In this document: in pieces, positions 26,232 through 39,971 of the stretch
Numbering within the stretch: position 1 is the first letter of the stretch
Layout of the letters: every line of letters begins with the position of its first letter
NCBI GenBank assembly: GCA_965153285.1
Contig: OZ229119.1
Reading direction: 5' to 3' (one strand)
From: Podarcis tiliguerta
Lineage: Eukaryota
Length of the DNA stretch: 64,000 bases
Made by a program: the position numbers and the translations under genes
Notes under the pieces: model-generated
Told to the model about the DNA's origin: nothing
What the model saw: the letters and a program-made list of their open reading frames with translations, nothing else
Databases searched by the model: none

Positions 26232-26399
26232 ATGAACGAATCAACGGATCTCGGGAATGGCAGCATTCTGGAGCCAGCACTACGGCTCAGGAAGGGACAC
26301 ATGCCTGATCCTGCTGGGCAGGAAAGCCTTGATAGAGACCAATCCAGTGAGCAGGGGCCCCTCCTAGTGGAGCCACCTGAATCTTCTGAATTGGAAAAG
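26232..26399 (+). CDS. ADIPOR2: ADIPOR2 coding exon 1 (gene exon 2; exon starts at 26164, ATG at 26232): MNESTDLGNGSILEPALRLRKGH...SELEK
   Basis: Acceptor tttcctttttcAG at 26162-26163. The MNE...EP..RLRKGH motif is characteristic of the AdipoR2 N-terminus. Donor AAG|GTAAAT, 168 nt, phase 0. Confidence 0.9.
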
Positions 26400-27652
26400 G
26401 TAAATAATAATTGGTACTCAGAAATCTAGCCAGGAAGTTGCATCAGACCTCCTTGAACAACTTAGGGATAAGTTAACAATTATAGGGGTATGGTTCTTAT
26501 CAGAGAAGGCAATTCCGCAGTGTCCAAGACCCAGGCCATTAAGGGATTTTAAAAACAACAACACCCCAGCATCTTGAATTTATCCCAGAAATGAGCAGAT
26601 AACCAGTGGTTCTGTTACTGTGTGTGTCAAATATGCTTCATGTTGGAGAATCTTGACAAGTCTTACCACTGTGTACTGGAGCAACTGAAGTTCTTGAACT
26701 GTCTCCAGAGACGACCCTGCACAAGAATCTCAAAAGAAGGTGAACTGATTACCAGGGCTTATAATAAGTTGTAAGGGTTTTGAGAGAGGCCACAATCAGT
26801 CTACCTCCAAAGTTGCTGTAAAGTCCTCTGTCACAGGCAGCTACCTAGGAATCCAAGAGGATTGTTGAATCCAAGAGTTTGGCCTCCACATATGAACACA
26901 GGGTGCAAGTAGAACAGTACCTCCTTCAGTTGTGTGATTGGGAGAAAACCCAAGAAACAATAACCCTTCAATTTAGCTTCCTTGTATCAGTTCTAGTTGA
27001 TGTACCAATATATAAACACACACACAAAACAGTCCAATGATCCTATCCTAGTTTTTCCAACACTCAGCCAAGTGATTTAGAAGGTCTGTTTACTTCCAGG
27101 CAGGAGTGTTAATGGTATCATTTAAATCCATTGCTAGGCTGATGGTTTAGCAGTCAGCATCATAATGACTATAAGGTGCTTAATAAATGTAATTGGCTTT
27201 CTAATCATTACAGGAAATCCCCCTTTTTCTCCTTCCCCCAAATGGGAAGAGAACATATATTTTTGTATGATATGTAATTAAGCATAAGAACTTTTGTAAG
27301 TTCACTCTGACTTTAAGTTCTGTTTGGGACCACTGCTAAGGTTTGGGTGGCATAATACATTGGCATAAACAAATATTACATGTATGTGGAATTGCCTAAA
27401 AACTTTGTAAAGGACAAAAGGCATCTGGCTTCAGGTTCTGTTTCTGTTTCTAACAAAATGTCTAATGTCAGTACTTTGATGTAGGGTTCATTTAAAGCCT
27501 GTTGTGCAACTTCTAAGAATGAAAATAGTTCACTGGCAGATGAACGATTTTTAAGAGTCCTGTTCTGTGGGTAACTGTTATCTGGGTGACTTTAGACTGC
27601 TGAGCTTTGAAGCTTGTGTACAGTCTTTAAGGCCAGAGTATATATAGTACTT

Positions 27653-27899
27653 CCTGCCCATCTAGCAGTTTGAAAGCATGTCAAAGTGCAAGTACCTTCC
27701 CGCTCCAGCGGGAAGGTAAACAGCATTTCTGTGCGCTGCTCTGGTTCTCCAGAAGCGGCTTAGTCATGCTGGCCACATGACCCGGAAGCTGTCTGCAGAC
27801 AAACGCCGGCTTCCTTGGCCAGTAAAGCGAGATGAGCGCCACAACCCCAGAGTCATTCGCGACTGGACTTAACGGTCAGGGGTCCCTTTACCTTTTTTT
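27653..27899 (+). mobile_element. Sauria SINE, 5'-truncated
   Basis: Body homologous to the other copies, ccctttaccttt tail, 10-bp TSD tatagtactt at 27643-27652 and 27901-27910. Confidence 0.9.
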
Positions 27900-28369
27900 G
27901 TATAGTACTTGGTAGCTTGGACTTGCTAAAATGAATACTACTAACACAGCTGTAGTAGTGTAGATTTATATGACTGGTTTAAACAGAATTGATCTGCTAA
28001 ATACAGTGGCCAGTGACAAGTTTTGGCTGCATTCCTGTCACACTTGGTGGTGAAAATGGACTGGATGTACCCATGCTTACTAATAAATTTTGTGCAGGTG
28101 CAGAAAAGAAGTGGCTAAGAGCACAGGAAATAAGCACTGAATTAGTAGTTAGAGAAAGCAAACTTACACAAAGGAACAGATGCTTCAGATGGAGGAGGCA
28201 AGCTTTTGGTTTGTGGGATCTACTCTTTCTTTTTCTTTTGCCACATCTAGTCACTACTGGGAGTGGCTGCTTGGCGAGAGAGCTAGTTTTGATTACTAGC
28301 TGCATCTTCTGATGAAACCATACACTGAAGTGGTCTGCTTGTATGGTAACACAATTTACACCTGTGTTA

Positions 28370-28708
28370 CTTTATTTATGCTTTTCCCTTTTCCCTGATG
28401 GGACTCTCAAGGCAGCTTACAGATAAAAATAGGAACTGTTTAAAACATAGAAAAAACAATCTATAATAAACAATTCAACACTGATAGAATTAAGACTATA
28501 TACATATATAAATCTATTAACATTATACAAATAATTACGATGAAAATAGCACGGTGCTAGCTCTTTCATTAAAAGTAGTCATTTCCCAAAAGCCTGTTGG
28601 AACAAGAAAGTCTTCACTTGCAGGCGGAAGGACAACCAGGAGAGAACAGTCTAACTGCTCTAGGTAGGGGGTTCCAAAGTCTGGGAGCAGCCACCAAGAA
28701 GGCCCTTG
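28370..28708 (-). mobile_element. L2-like LINE 3' fragment
   Basis: tttattta tail, ctcaaggcagcttaca, A-rich 3'UTR complement, then gggttccaaagtctgggagcagccacc..aaggcc. Closely similar to 33515-33810. Confidence 0.7.
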
Positions 28709-31700
28709 GTTTTATTAACACCAAGCTCTAAAATTACTACGTAAAACCTGGTTACAGTGATTATTATTGTTTATATTGTTCTAAGTGCAGAAAGGATACC
28801 TCTTAGAAGTTATCGCCAACTCTCCATTCTTGGATACATCCTCCCCACACTGATTAGCCCAAGTGAAAATATCTGATACTTACTAGTAGAAAAGGAAAGA
28901 ATGAAAGCAGGCATGCTTCATTTTGATATTCTTGCAACCTAATCCTATGCAGGATTCCAACAGGCACTCTCAGAACAGAACCATTATTATTAAATACTAT
29001 TCAGGCATTTTCAGAACCTCGGTCTTGTAGATCTGCTATACTTGGAAGTGTCACAGGATTTTCAAGTGAAAATAATGCTCAGAACCCTCCTTCCCCCTCC
29101 CTCGCCTCCCATCTTGCACACAAATGAGAGTAAGCTGCCTTGAATTCAGCATAACTTACTACTGAGTGAAATACATAGGATTGTGCACTCTTAATCCTCT
29201 TTCTCTTTCCTCCCTCCCCCTTCATTATCAAATGAAAAATACACCATTAAGTAAGAGATTCTGGATCTACAATTTTAGAAGGCAGCCTCGGCCGAAGTGA
29301 GGGGTGGAGGTGTTACAGAAGGTTTTCAACTTTAGGAAGGAACGTCAAATCAAAAGCTGCCTTATACCTGGCCCATGCTATTATGTTGTCTTCCTCCTTC
29401 CTCCTTGAAAATTTATCTGCACTGCTTCCTTTCTTCACTGCATAATCACTTTGTGCTGCTCCAGCACAGGTCCCACCCAGAATAAATGGCACATGTACAC
29501 TGGTGCTAGCTGCTGCTGATCCTTCCCATAGAGACTTGAGGTGAATGGGCTAGTCTGTGATAGTAAGGCAAGCTTGTGGGAGGTGGGTCTAAAGTGGCCC
29601 TCTAATTTTCCCAGTTGATCTTGCCTATCCAGTTTCAAGACAGAAATCTTAACCGTAAAGCATTATGAGTGTTAACAGTGTTGTGACAATGCTAGATCTG
29701 TTTCCTTTGAAGTGTCTGGTTGGGGGGGGGGGCACATCATGGTGATGAAAACCTCTTGTATCAAAATTTTTTATCAGCACCTTTTTGTTAATTCCGACAA
29801 TTGGCATTTTTTATGTTAACGTTCAGGCACTTAACAAAACACTCTTGAAAAAGGAAATGTCAGTTATTCACATTGCGTGTCTAAGCACTGTGAAATGCAT
29901 TTGTATTTGGTACTGCTTGTGTGTTCAGTTTCCTTTTCTATGGAGAAATTGTTTGGCAAGTTTTATTCTGAAGTCTGTCATGCTCAGCATGTTTACTTAA
30001 AATACATTTTGAAATCAGCAAGACTTCCTGTTTTAAAGCTGAGTGACGCTTATTGCATCACCTTTACCCTACCTTGTGTCTGTTTCCCTCTGACGGAGGA
30101 AAGCACATCTTTTCCACAGTGGTATTGGAGTACTTCTCCAAGAAAGAAAGCTTGTGGGGTGCCAGGTGATAATTCATACTGTCTTCAGGCATGCAAATGA
30201 TAGTTGGATTATTTATTGTACACATTTTTATTTTCACTGTGGTGGGTGTAAATCTTCTAGAGGAACCTTTGCTAACCTAGTGCCCCCTTGACGTTTTGCC
30301 CAGTCAGCATGCTGGCTGTGGCTAATGGGAAATTTAGTCCTAAATGTATGGAGGGCACCAGGTTGGCAAAAGTTGCTCTAGTGAATATTCACGTTTTCTT
30401 AAGCTGTTGATGCTTTTTTCTGCCCTGTGCCGGACTGTCTGGCCTCCTTCATGGCATTTATCTTCCTTTGCCCTTTGCTATTTGAATGGTTGGAGTGTCT
30501 TTGTTCTCCCTGCTGTTCTTCAGTCACTGATATCTCCTAAAGAAATGGTTCTCACTGTGACTTTGTTAAACTGACACAATCAAATGCATGTGACTTTTAT
30601 CACCTGATGAATGGGCTTTTTATGTACAGCCCTGAAAACCTGCACTTGACTCTCTCCCTTTTTTCTATAATCCTCCAATGACAGAGAGGGAACAAAAGGC
30701 TGTTTTCTTCACATTTCCCCCCCAGCTCCCACAGCCCTCTGCTCTTGATTGATGGTGGTTTTTGTCTAAAAGTTCCTGCATCTGGGGTGCTCTGTGCACT
30801 TGCAGTGTGTGGCCTAGAAGCGTGTCTGTGAAATTTTGGGTCCTTTGCTCTGAAGCATTTGGTACTGTGCAGAGGATAATGAAGCGCAGCACTTGACTCT
30901 TCAGTCAGTGGAAGGCTTCTTCATGGCAGATACCCAGCTGGAACATTTGTCAAGCAGCCAGGGCCTCCATGACTCTTGAATTCAGCTGTTTGACCTTTTG
31001 GAAAGAATCCATTAGTAAGCCTGCTTTGAAAGTGAAAAAACTGTGCTCAAGCATAGTAAAAATGGGAAGGAAAAGAATAGAAACCAAATAAAAAATACTG
31101 ACATGAATACTTAAGAACAAGGGATTTAGAGTTCACCCTTAAGGAAAGGCATTGGAAACCTGTTGCTTTCTTTTGCATGCTGGTGTGGAAGAGGCAGGTC
31201 AGCCTGCTGTATGCCATTATGTTCTTTGTTTGTTTGTTTATTACAACTATTGCTTTTAACTTGTTTTTAGCTCTTTGTGCTTTTACTATCTAGTTTTGTG
31301 CTTTTATATTGCTATAAACCGCCGTGATACATTTTTATGGTACAGTGGCATATAAACATTTGTATTAAAAAATAAATAATAAAATGTAAGAGACAAGGCA
31401 CGGCAGCTACTCATCTTTGCACCTTATTAAGGTTTTGTATTTCTGTAAATAACATGCTCAGACAATCCTTCTTTCCCTGCCTACATCCCACAATCTCTCA
31501 ATTGCCATGTTTTCTACTTTTTTGGGTTATGATAGGACAACTTCTCCACTTTTAGATCCTGCTTTTGCATTGTTTTAATATAGGGAACTGGTTTTGGAAA
31601 GTAAACGCATAGAATTGTCTCAGTGTCTCGGATACAGCAAAGGCAAGTTCTATATATGCCCTTGGTGTTTTTTTCTCTTGTTGCTGCTTCTCTTCTGTGT

Positions 31701-33514
31701 TTTCTTTTATCCAACGAGTGATGAGCTATTGCTGCTTTCATAGCAACAAATATTATATAAATATTTCTAGGATTCCTTCTCTCTGAACTTTAAAAATATT
31801 TTTTAAAGGCCAGTATCTGAAAGGTAATTATGTGCGGACACAATGCATGGTTCTGCCAATTTATTGGCCTCTTTCAGGGAAGAGGCAGCCATTTTAGAAG
31901 TAAACAGGACCTTACTCTCTATAGAGGTCGGTGGAGTTTTGTTTTTTAATAAATATTTTAATTAAGTTTTTGCATAATGCATCTTAAAAAAACAGGCAGG
32001 TGGAGGTTTGGTGGGTACCCTTTTGTCATTATTTTTACCAAGTTTGCTATGCACTGTCCTGGACTTTTTCACTTAACATAGAAAGTTGTGTAGTGTTGTG
32101 TTGCTTGTGTAGCTTAGTCTAGATTGGCAACTGATCTTTTGCGACTGGATGGAGATGTCCAGGAGCCACACTTGCTGCTTAGCATCTCCACCTGCCTGGC
32201 TGCAGTCAGCTCGTCTTCTGGGCAGAGCGCAGCAAAAAACGAACCTTTTTTGTGCTGCCAGGTGAATCAGGTGTTTGGAAGGACAGTGCAGTAGCAAAAG
32301 ACATGTCTTTTGCTGTTGCACTACCCTGCAGACCCCCTGATTCTCTTGGCAACTACCCCCCCCCCCAGTGAAAAGAAAAGGCACCTAGACATTTTGTTTT
32401 GGTGCCCACAACCTACGTCCCAGGAGCCACATGGCTCCTAGCATTCCTATCCCAGTTTCTAACTGCTGCTCATCAGTTGCTTTTATAAACCATAACTTGT
32501 TGAGATCCTAGTTTGATTGTAGGAGAAAGACAAGAAGGCATTTGGTTCATTTACTCCTGCAATGTAAGACAGGTTACACTGCATCAAGCAAATAGATCAC
32601 ATTTCCATTTTCTGGCAGCAGGTAGAAGGGGGAGCTAGCAAAGGTATTTTGGCAATTACTGGTGGTGAAAGCAGGGTTTTCTGGAGCAGTATAATTTCTT
32701 ATGTATCTTGTTTCCTTTTAGCATGCTTCATAAGCCTGTTTTCTCTCCATTTCCCCATATCCCCCCCCCCTTTGCATATGAAGTGTTGCTTTACTTAGCA
32801 AGTCAAATGCCAGGCAGCCTGTCACTCTCATGCACAGCTGCTTTTGGAATTAGCATATGGACAAAAGAGGTGGGGAAGAGCCTTCTTGGGCAGGTGCTGT
32901 TCTTCAGTCTGCCCAGTGTCAGAATGCCCTAGTCATTCCCCAGATAAGATGCATACACAGCCATCTCTTGCGTTGCTGTTGAACACGAGCAAACAGATTT
33001 GCTGTGACCTGAAATATGTGTGAACACGCAGGAAGAAAGAATTCTTTGCAGCGAAGGAGCTCTTTAATATGTCTGCTTAAGCCCAGACACAAATTATCAT
33101 AAAGCTTGTGATTTGTCGGCTTTAAGAAGAAAAAGGAAAGAAATCCTGAAATATGTAATAAGCTCTCCCATGATCAGAGAACAGTTCTGATTCCTGTTAA
33201 CACATTCCAGAGGGGTAGCTGAGTTTCATGGCTGCCAATGAAAAGCTTATGCCACAATCAATCTGTTAGCCTTTAGGTTGCCTCACGAGTTTGTTGTATC
33301 TTGCAGACATCATATTTTGATCAGTAGATCCATTGTCCTTTTTCTTCATGAGACAGATCCCTCATGACTTCTGTTAAGTTGCATTTATAACTGAAGGAGA
33401 CCAGTTAATGTGATATACTAATACAAGGGCTCTAACTTCATTCTGTCTCACAATTACCCCCCCCCCCCCCAATGTCTAGCTCCTGCCTTTGCCTGTACTA
33501 ATCGGCTATTTATT

Positions 33515-33810
33515 CTTTTATTTATTTATACATAACCTGCATTTTTCCTGACAGGACTCAAGGCGGCTTACAGATAAAAATAAGAACCGCTAAAAACATT
33601 GAAAAAATAATAATGATAAAACAACAAAACCTTGATAGAATTAAAACTGTATACGTATATAAAATATATTAAAACCATACCAATAATTACAATAAAAACA
33701 GCCCTGCACCAGCCCTTTCATTAAAAGCAGTCAGTTCCCAGAAGCCTCTTGGAAAAAGAAAGTCTTCACCTGTCGGCGGAAGGACAACAAGCAGGGAGCC
33801 TGTCTAGCTT
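33515..33810 (-). mobile_element. L2-like LINE 3' fragment
   Basis: Colinear with 28370-28660 (ctcaaggcggcttacagataaaaata...tttcattaaaag..aagaaagtcttcac..gcggaaggacaac). Confidence 0.7.
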
Positions 33811-36800
33811 ATTTTATAAGGAGTATGTGTACACTCCAGTCATGCCAGTTCTCTCCTCTTCCCCATTTCTTACAAAGGGTTTCTGGACTCTCATAACAAC
33901 TCTTGTCCTCACTTCATCCCTCTCTACTCTTTTTGTTATGCCTTCTCTTTTCCATTATTTTTCATCTTGTTTGAATTCTGAATGCCTTTGTCCTGAAGGC
34001 AGGGTGTTCTTCTGAGTGATGTTAGTGCTTAGTCCCATGATGGCTGTTGTCATGGGCAGTTTTTTTATACTAATGGGAGTAGATCTGTGCATAGGTAAGT
34101 ATCCTCAGTCATGCCATGTGTGGGGAAGCTATTTTGATTGGTATGGTAATGCCCACTAGCTACTAGAGTACCATTTACACCCACACCCACACCCTTTTCT
34201 ACAAATCCTAAGCGTTCTTTTAACTGTTGCACTTTGCCTGACTTGTACCGACCTTTCCCCATGAGTTTCTTTCTCCAAAAAAGTAGTGAGACTTAGTTGA
34301 TCTTCTGTAACTTGCAGCATTTAAAAGACTTAATAGTTGAAGGTCAGTATAGATCACTGTGACCTTGAACACCAGTTCTGAAGACAAAATGGCTACACTC
34401 TGCATTTGACTTCAGAATAGCAATTAACTGCATCCAGATGGTCTGCTTGCAGAGTGACATGTTGCCTACTTCACCTCTATTGTGATGAGGCTGCAGAGTC
34501 CCTGGAACCAAACATGCCCATGTAGCCATTTGGCAGCCAATCAAAATATCCTTGTGATCAATTAGATGAACAGCTTCCTTCCAGAGTCACATTGCTGCAA
34601 GATACTGCAATCTCTGTTGTAGGCTTGAAATGTTTCGCTTTGCTTCTCTTTCCCTCTTCCCAATGAACTGCATTGCAATAATGTATCTGCAAATGCAGTA
34701 TTTGGGGAAGAGAACAGAACATGGGTGACCTGTCTGTTCCTGACTTTACTGTTTGTACACTTAAACCACCTACCTCTCTCATTTTTGCCTAATAATTACT
34801 TTCTGTGGCTGAAAGGACGGAGCATGTGGCTGTTAGGTATTGCCATAAAGACCAATGTGAGTTTCTGTACTATAAATATCTCCAGATTAATAGGTCCCTA
34901 GATAATATGTCCCCAGACAAACTATGGAGTAGCTGGCTTAACATTATGCTCAAAGTAGTGCTTGTGGCTTTATACTTTTCAAACAAACCAGCCTAAGGCT
35001 AATGTTTGTTCTAGGCTTCCTGACTATGTTTTTTTGAAGAGAAACAAATCACAAGTGCTGGTTCAGATCCAACACTAAGCCAGCTTTCCCGTGGTCTGTT
35101 TCTCCACTCGTAAGGGAGGAATGAGGTGGAAGAGCTTGAGCTAGGTACACCGGCACAAAGTATGAGCATGTTATGATTAAGACAGACAAACTCCACTTGG
35201 CTTAGCATCATGTGTGAATATGACCAGTATGGTCCAATTTCAAAAGCTAATTGAAGCCAGTAGAGAAGAGGCGAAATCCTCCACAATTGAGATTATGGGC
35301 TAGGTGTTCAGAAACTAGAAAAACTGTGGGGGAAGGGATACTCTGCTGGCCGAACTTGAAACCTAGGCATAGCTTATTAAACTTGGTTTTAAAAGGGTGC
35401 ATCCTTGGTAGACAAGCTCATTGCAGTCTACAAACTGTGTTAAAGGGCTTTAATACACTTGTGGAGAGTTACTGTTTTAATAAATGTTGACAGCTAGATC
35501 CAAGTGCGTAGAGCAAAAGAACCATCTGAATCTTTAATGATGTGGATTGCTGTAGCTGCTATTCAGGCAGGTTTTCATGTAGAGTATGTGGAACTATGCT
35601 TCCATATAGTATAGAAAACTGCTTGCTTCGCTTGCTTGCTTAGGTTCTCTTTTTGTTGTCGGATCTAGTATAGTGAGACTCAAAGTTTGTGCATTATTGA
35701 AGGTGCACAAGGAATCTCCTTTTTTGGAAAGCTCTTTCTGGGTTTTAACGGTTTTGAAGTAGATATATGTTTAAGTAAAATTGCAAGTCTAAACAGCTTC
35801 CTTAGCTGTGAATGAGGGGAAGTGGAAAAGGCTCAGGAATTGTAGGCAGGGCAAACAAACACACGTCCTTTCATCTCTGCTGCACTGCCTTGCATATTTT
35901 AACCAGGAAGATGCCTCTTTGTTTGATGGCAGCAATCCATTCAGTTTATCACATACAACTTTTGTAGAATAACTGGTTGCAGTTTTAGGCAGCACAATGG
36001 ACTCAAGTTCGTATATTTGTATTTGCTGTTAAATTCTGAATTTTCTCAGTAAGCAGTGTGCTTGAATAAGTGTGTGCCAAGTATTCTAGAGTTGCATATA
36101 CGTTCTGATGGGTCATTAGTGACTTTCGAGTGGGTCTCTTAACCAATATAAAGCCTTACGTGGAGGTGAGTTCTAGCATGCGTAAGTGATGATGTATGTA
36201 TGCTGGTTGCTGCTTTAGTGTGAGCAGCTTTGAATAGTACAGAATCTGTAAGCTGGGTTAGTGACCTACTCCAGTGACCATCTTAAGACCTGCTTGAGTC
36301 ACTTACGTAGCTTCTCTGTTCATTCTTGCAGGAAACAAAGGGAAGGAACTGTACCCTTTTCATTTATGTTTGAACTGTTGCTTTCTCCCAGATCTCTTTT
36401 AAAACCAAAAGCAATATATTGACAGATGGGAAGATTGCCAAACTGGTGAGAAGGAGAGAAAGTAAACTCACTAAGAATTGATCTGCCTCTTTCCTCTATT
36501 TTTCCTCTTACCTCCACCACCCAATCTCTTGATTTTTAACCTAGCAGCTTGGCTGTTTTGCAGGTAGGTGTTTATTGTGGAAGAACAGATCCTGCTAAGA
36601 TCACCTTTGGTGCACATTTGTATGTACTTTCAATGATCTCGGATTAAATTATTTTGAATTATAGGATTTTGTATTGGTGATTCTGAATTCTCAATGGACT
36701 CAGGTCCTTCTGGCAGGATTCATAAGCATCTGATAGTCCAGTGTAAGAATGGAATGCTGGGCTACGTAAGCCTTTGGTTTGATCCAGTAGTGCTCTTCCT

Positions 36801-37792
36801 ATGTTGATTAACTTGATTTTTTTTTATAGTGAAAGCATAGTTAGCAAAGTTTTCTCTGAACATTTAATAAGAAAGGTTCTTAACACTGTGTGGGAGCAAA
36901 ACAGTGCTTAAGTGTCTAATCCATATTAAATAACATTGGGCAAATAACTAAGGATTTGTTTTCATTCATGATAGTCAATCTGAAATAAATTATTTGCTCC
37001 CTTAAAAAACCTTAGTATATATAGGGCTTTACCTTTGACTGTCCTTTAAAGTGCATGGTGCTTCTGTACAGTATAGGTAGGATTTTGATCTTGCGCTACA
37101 GTATTGTAAAACTACATTAACGGGCAAAAGATGCATAAATGACTGGAAAAGGAACACTTTCTGTGCCAGCCTCAATGTGAGCCTCCTCAATTAAAAGTTA
37201 CTAATGTTGGCTGGTACAGATGAGAATTGACTAAGTTTCCTGGGTCATTGAAGAGGCTCTTAAATGTTGGAAAGGGACTATCCAATGCTCATATGCTTTG
37301 CCTATAAAAAGTTCCATTTTTAGTGACCAGCATTTCCATTTAAAGACTGTCACATTATTAGACTGGGAAAGGCATCTGCCTCAGACTCTAGGGAACCCCT
37401 GATAGTTGGAGTAGACAACACTGGGCCCAGTGGCTCAGTTAAGTCTACTGCAGCTTCGTGTGCAATCTTACAGTTAGGCAATTGTAAGATGTTTGGGGGA
37501 AAGCAAAGAACAATAAAAAAGAGAATCAGTTTAACATTGAGTTTGCCTGACACTGATTCTTCCTAAAACATTGTTGTAGTTAATAACTGGATTCTCATAA
37601 GCAAAGGCATGCAAATTGTGTTTGTTTAACAGTTCTTTTCTAGTAAATAGGTTGGTGATTGACATAATCTGTGCAAGGGCAACAAACTGCAAAATGCATT
37701 CATGCTGTGTTAACCGCATCTTATTTCACATTGAAAGAAAGGAAAAAGCATGATCAGATTCAGAGTTTTGTCTATCTTTCTAAAAGGGAGTA

Positions 37793-38372
37793 ATAGAATC
37801 ATAGAATTATAGAGTTAGAAGGGACCCAGATGGTCATCTATTCTAACCCCCAGCAATGCAGCAATCTCAACTAATGCATCTATGACAGATGGCATTCCAA
37901 CCTCTGCTTAAAAACCTCCAATGAAGGAGAGTCCACCACCTTCTGAGGGAGTCTCTTCCACTGTCACACAGCTCTTACCATCAGAAAGTTCTTCCTGATG
38001 TTTATTCAGAATCTCCTTTCTTGTAACTTGAAGCTATTGGTTTGGGTCCTAGTCTCCAGAGGAGACAACAGGCTTGGAAGATGGCTGTTACATCTCCTCT
38101 CAGTCTCCTCTTATCCAGGCTAAACATACCCACTTCCCTCAACTGTTCCTCATCAGGCTCGGTTTCCAGATCCTTTGTCATCTTGGTTGCCCTCCTTTGC
38201 ACACATTTCAATATCCTTCTTAAACTCTGGTGTCGGGAACTGGACACAGTACTCCAGGTGTGGTCTAACCAAGGCAAAATAGAGTGAAACTATTATTTCC
38301 CTTGATTGGGACATTATATTTCTGTTGATGCAGCCTAGAATAGCATGAGCCTTTTTTGCTACTGCATCACAA
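37793..38372 (-). mobile_element. CR1 LINE 3' fragment (degenerate ORF2 C-terminus plus 3'UTR)
   Basis: (ATTCTATG)n-type terminus seen as tagaatcatagaat. Remnant peptide VQRRATKM...LREVGMFSLDKRRLRGD is typical of CR1 ORF2. Confidence 0.9.
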
Positions 38373-38625
38373 AGTGGCAGCTAAACCTAATAGTCTCTTC
38401 CCTTCCATAGCACAAATTGGGGACCACCAGCTCCATTGCATTTTGCTCAACAGCATTGGCTAGAGAACCTAATTCTGGAGTATGCAGCTAGAGAACATGT
38501 TTTTTTTTGAACATTCTACACTGGTGTGCTTATCTGGCTTCATATTTGATAGTAGAATTCTGTGTTAAGTCACTGAAAGCAAAACTTGTTTTTGCTTGTT
38601 ATTCAACAATTCTTTTATGTTTCAG

Positions 38626-38739
38626 AGTTCTGATCATGTTGGCAGCGATGATGCAGCTCATGAGGATGAAGGATTTATGGGGATGCTGCCTCTCCAAGCT
38701 CACCATGCCATGGAGAGGATGGAAGAGTTTGTATGTAAG
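38626..38739 (+). CDS. ADIPOR2: ADIPOR2 coding exon 2: SSDHVGSDDAAHEDEGFMGMLPLQAHHAMERMEEFVCK
   Basis: tttcAG acceptor and AAG|GTAAGA donor, 114 nt. EDEGFMGM and LQAHHAMERMEEFVCK are AdipoR2 motifs. Confidence 0.95.
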
Positions 38740-39799
38740 GTAAGAGGCTGCAAAGCAAGTGCCCATCATGCTCTGGTGTGCTTCACACAGCTGTTGGGTC
38801 CTTTGGCTAGCAGTGCATGCACTTCTGGCAACAAAGAGCCAAGTCACAGTGGGTGGCCATCAAGGAGTTCTGTTGTCTTGGCTGATGCTGCCACTGTGCG
38901 TGTTGGGATCTTGCGCTTCCAGTAATTGGATGAATTAGAAAGTTTAGCACGATAGGGATTACACGTTGAAATGTAGGATTAAACATGATGGTACAACTGT
39001 TGAGCCTCTTTTTTGAAACATCTGTGGAAGTCCAAGCAGAATAATGCCCTCTGCTTCTAGTGTTTCTGGGTCAGAGAACTTTAATTTACAAGGTCACCTT
39101 TTTCCACATACTCTCTTTCAGGCCTTTGCAAATCTTTGTTTGGAGATTACCATTTGTCTCCCTTGTGTAGCAGCCTCATTGTGTCCACCGTCCCAAGTGA
39201 AAAAAGCCAGTTCTATTGAAATGCCACCCTGGACAAATTCATTGTGAGCTGTGTAAATATTACTGGTCTTGACTTTCCTTGGCTAATTTTAAAGGGAAAT
39301 AGTTTATGCTCTAACGTCAGAATCAGAACAGAGAATATTATTTTTACCTTGTTTTGCTGCTATCTTTTCATAACTGGAAGGATAAACTTGGAAATGCAGG
39401 ATTTATTAACAACATTTCTACAAATATATGAACCCCAATTTTAATGAATCTCCATTGTTACCATCTTTCTTTTTTCCACCTATCACTGAAGTCTCAGAAT
39501 ATTTGACTTTGGGTGATTCATATTTTAGAATGGCAAACATGCTCCCAAACTTTCATGGAGGGGTGCTTTGGATTGGCTTTTCTTTGCCTTCATGTGTTAC
39601 ACTACAGGGAGCAGTTTTTTCAGTTTCCTGAAACTTCATACTAATTTCAAAATTATTTGTGGTGGTAAAGGTGGATTTTGTGGAAGAGTGCAGTGTCTGA
39701 ACTATTCTCTATACTGCTTTTTCCATTTGAAACTTAATGTGTATTTCCTTGGGAAACTGCCACAGGAGGACTAACACAACCCCTCCTTACTCCCTTTAG

Positions 39800-39971
39800 G
39801 TGTGGGAGGGCAGATGGCGCGTCATCCCCTTCGACGTCTTGCCCGACTGGCTGAAGGACAACGATTACCTGTTGCATGGGCACCGCCCACCCATGCCCTC
39901 TTTCCGGGCTTGCTTCAAAAGCATTTTCAGAATACACACAGAGACCGGCAATATCTGGACACACCTACTAG
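39800..39971 (+). CDS. ADIPOR2: ADIPOR2 coding exon 3: VWEGRWRVIPFDVLPDWLKDNDYLLHGHRPPMPSFRACFKSIFRIHTETGNIWTHLL(G)
   Basis: Branch-like GACTAAC near 39769, ccctttAG acceptor, AG|GTATTG donor, 172 nt. Contains the PAQR/HlyIII motif H-x-E-x-x-N-I-W-T-H. Confidence 0.97.
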
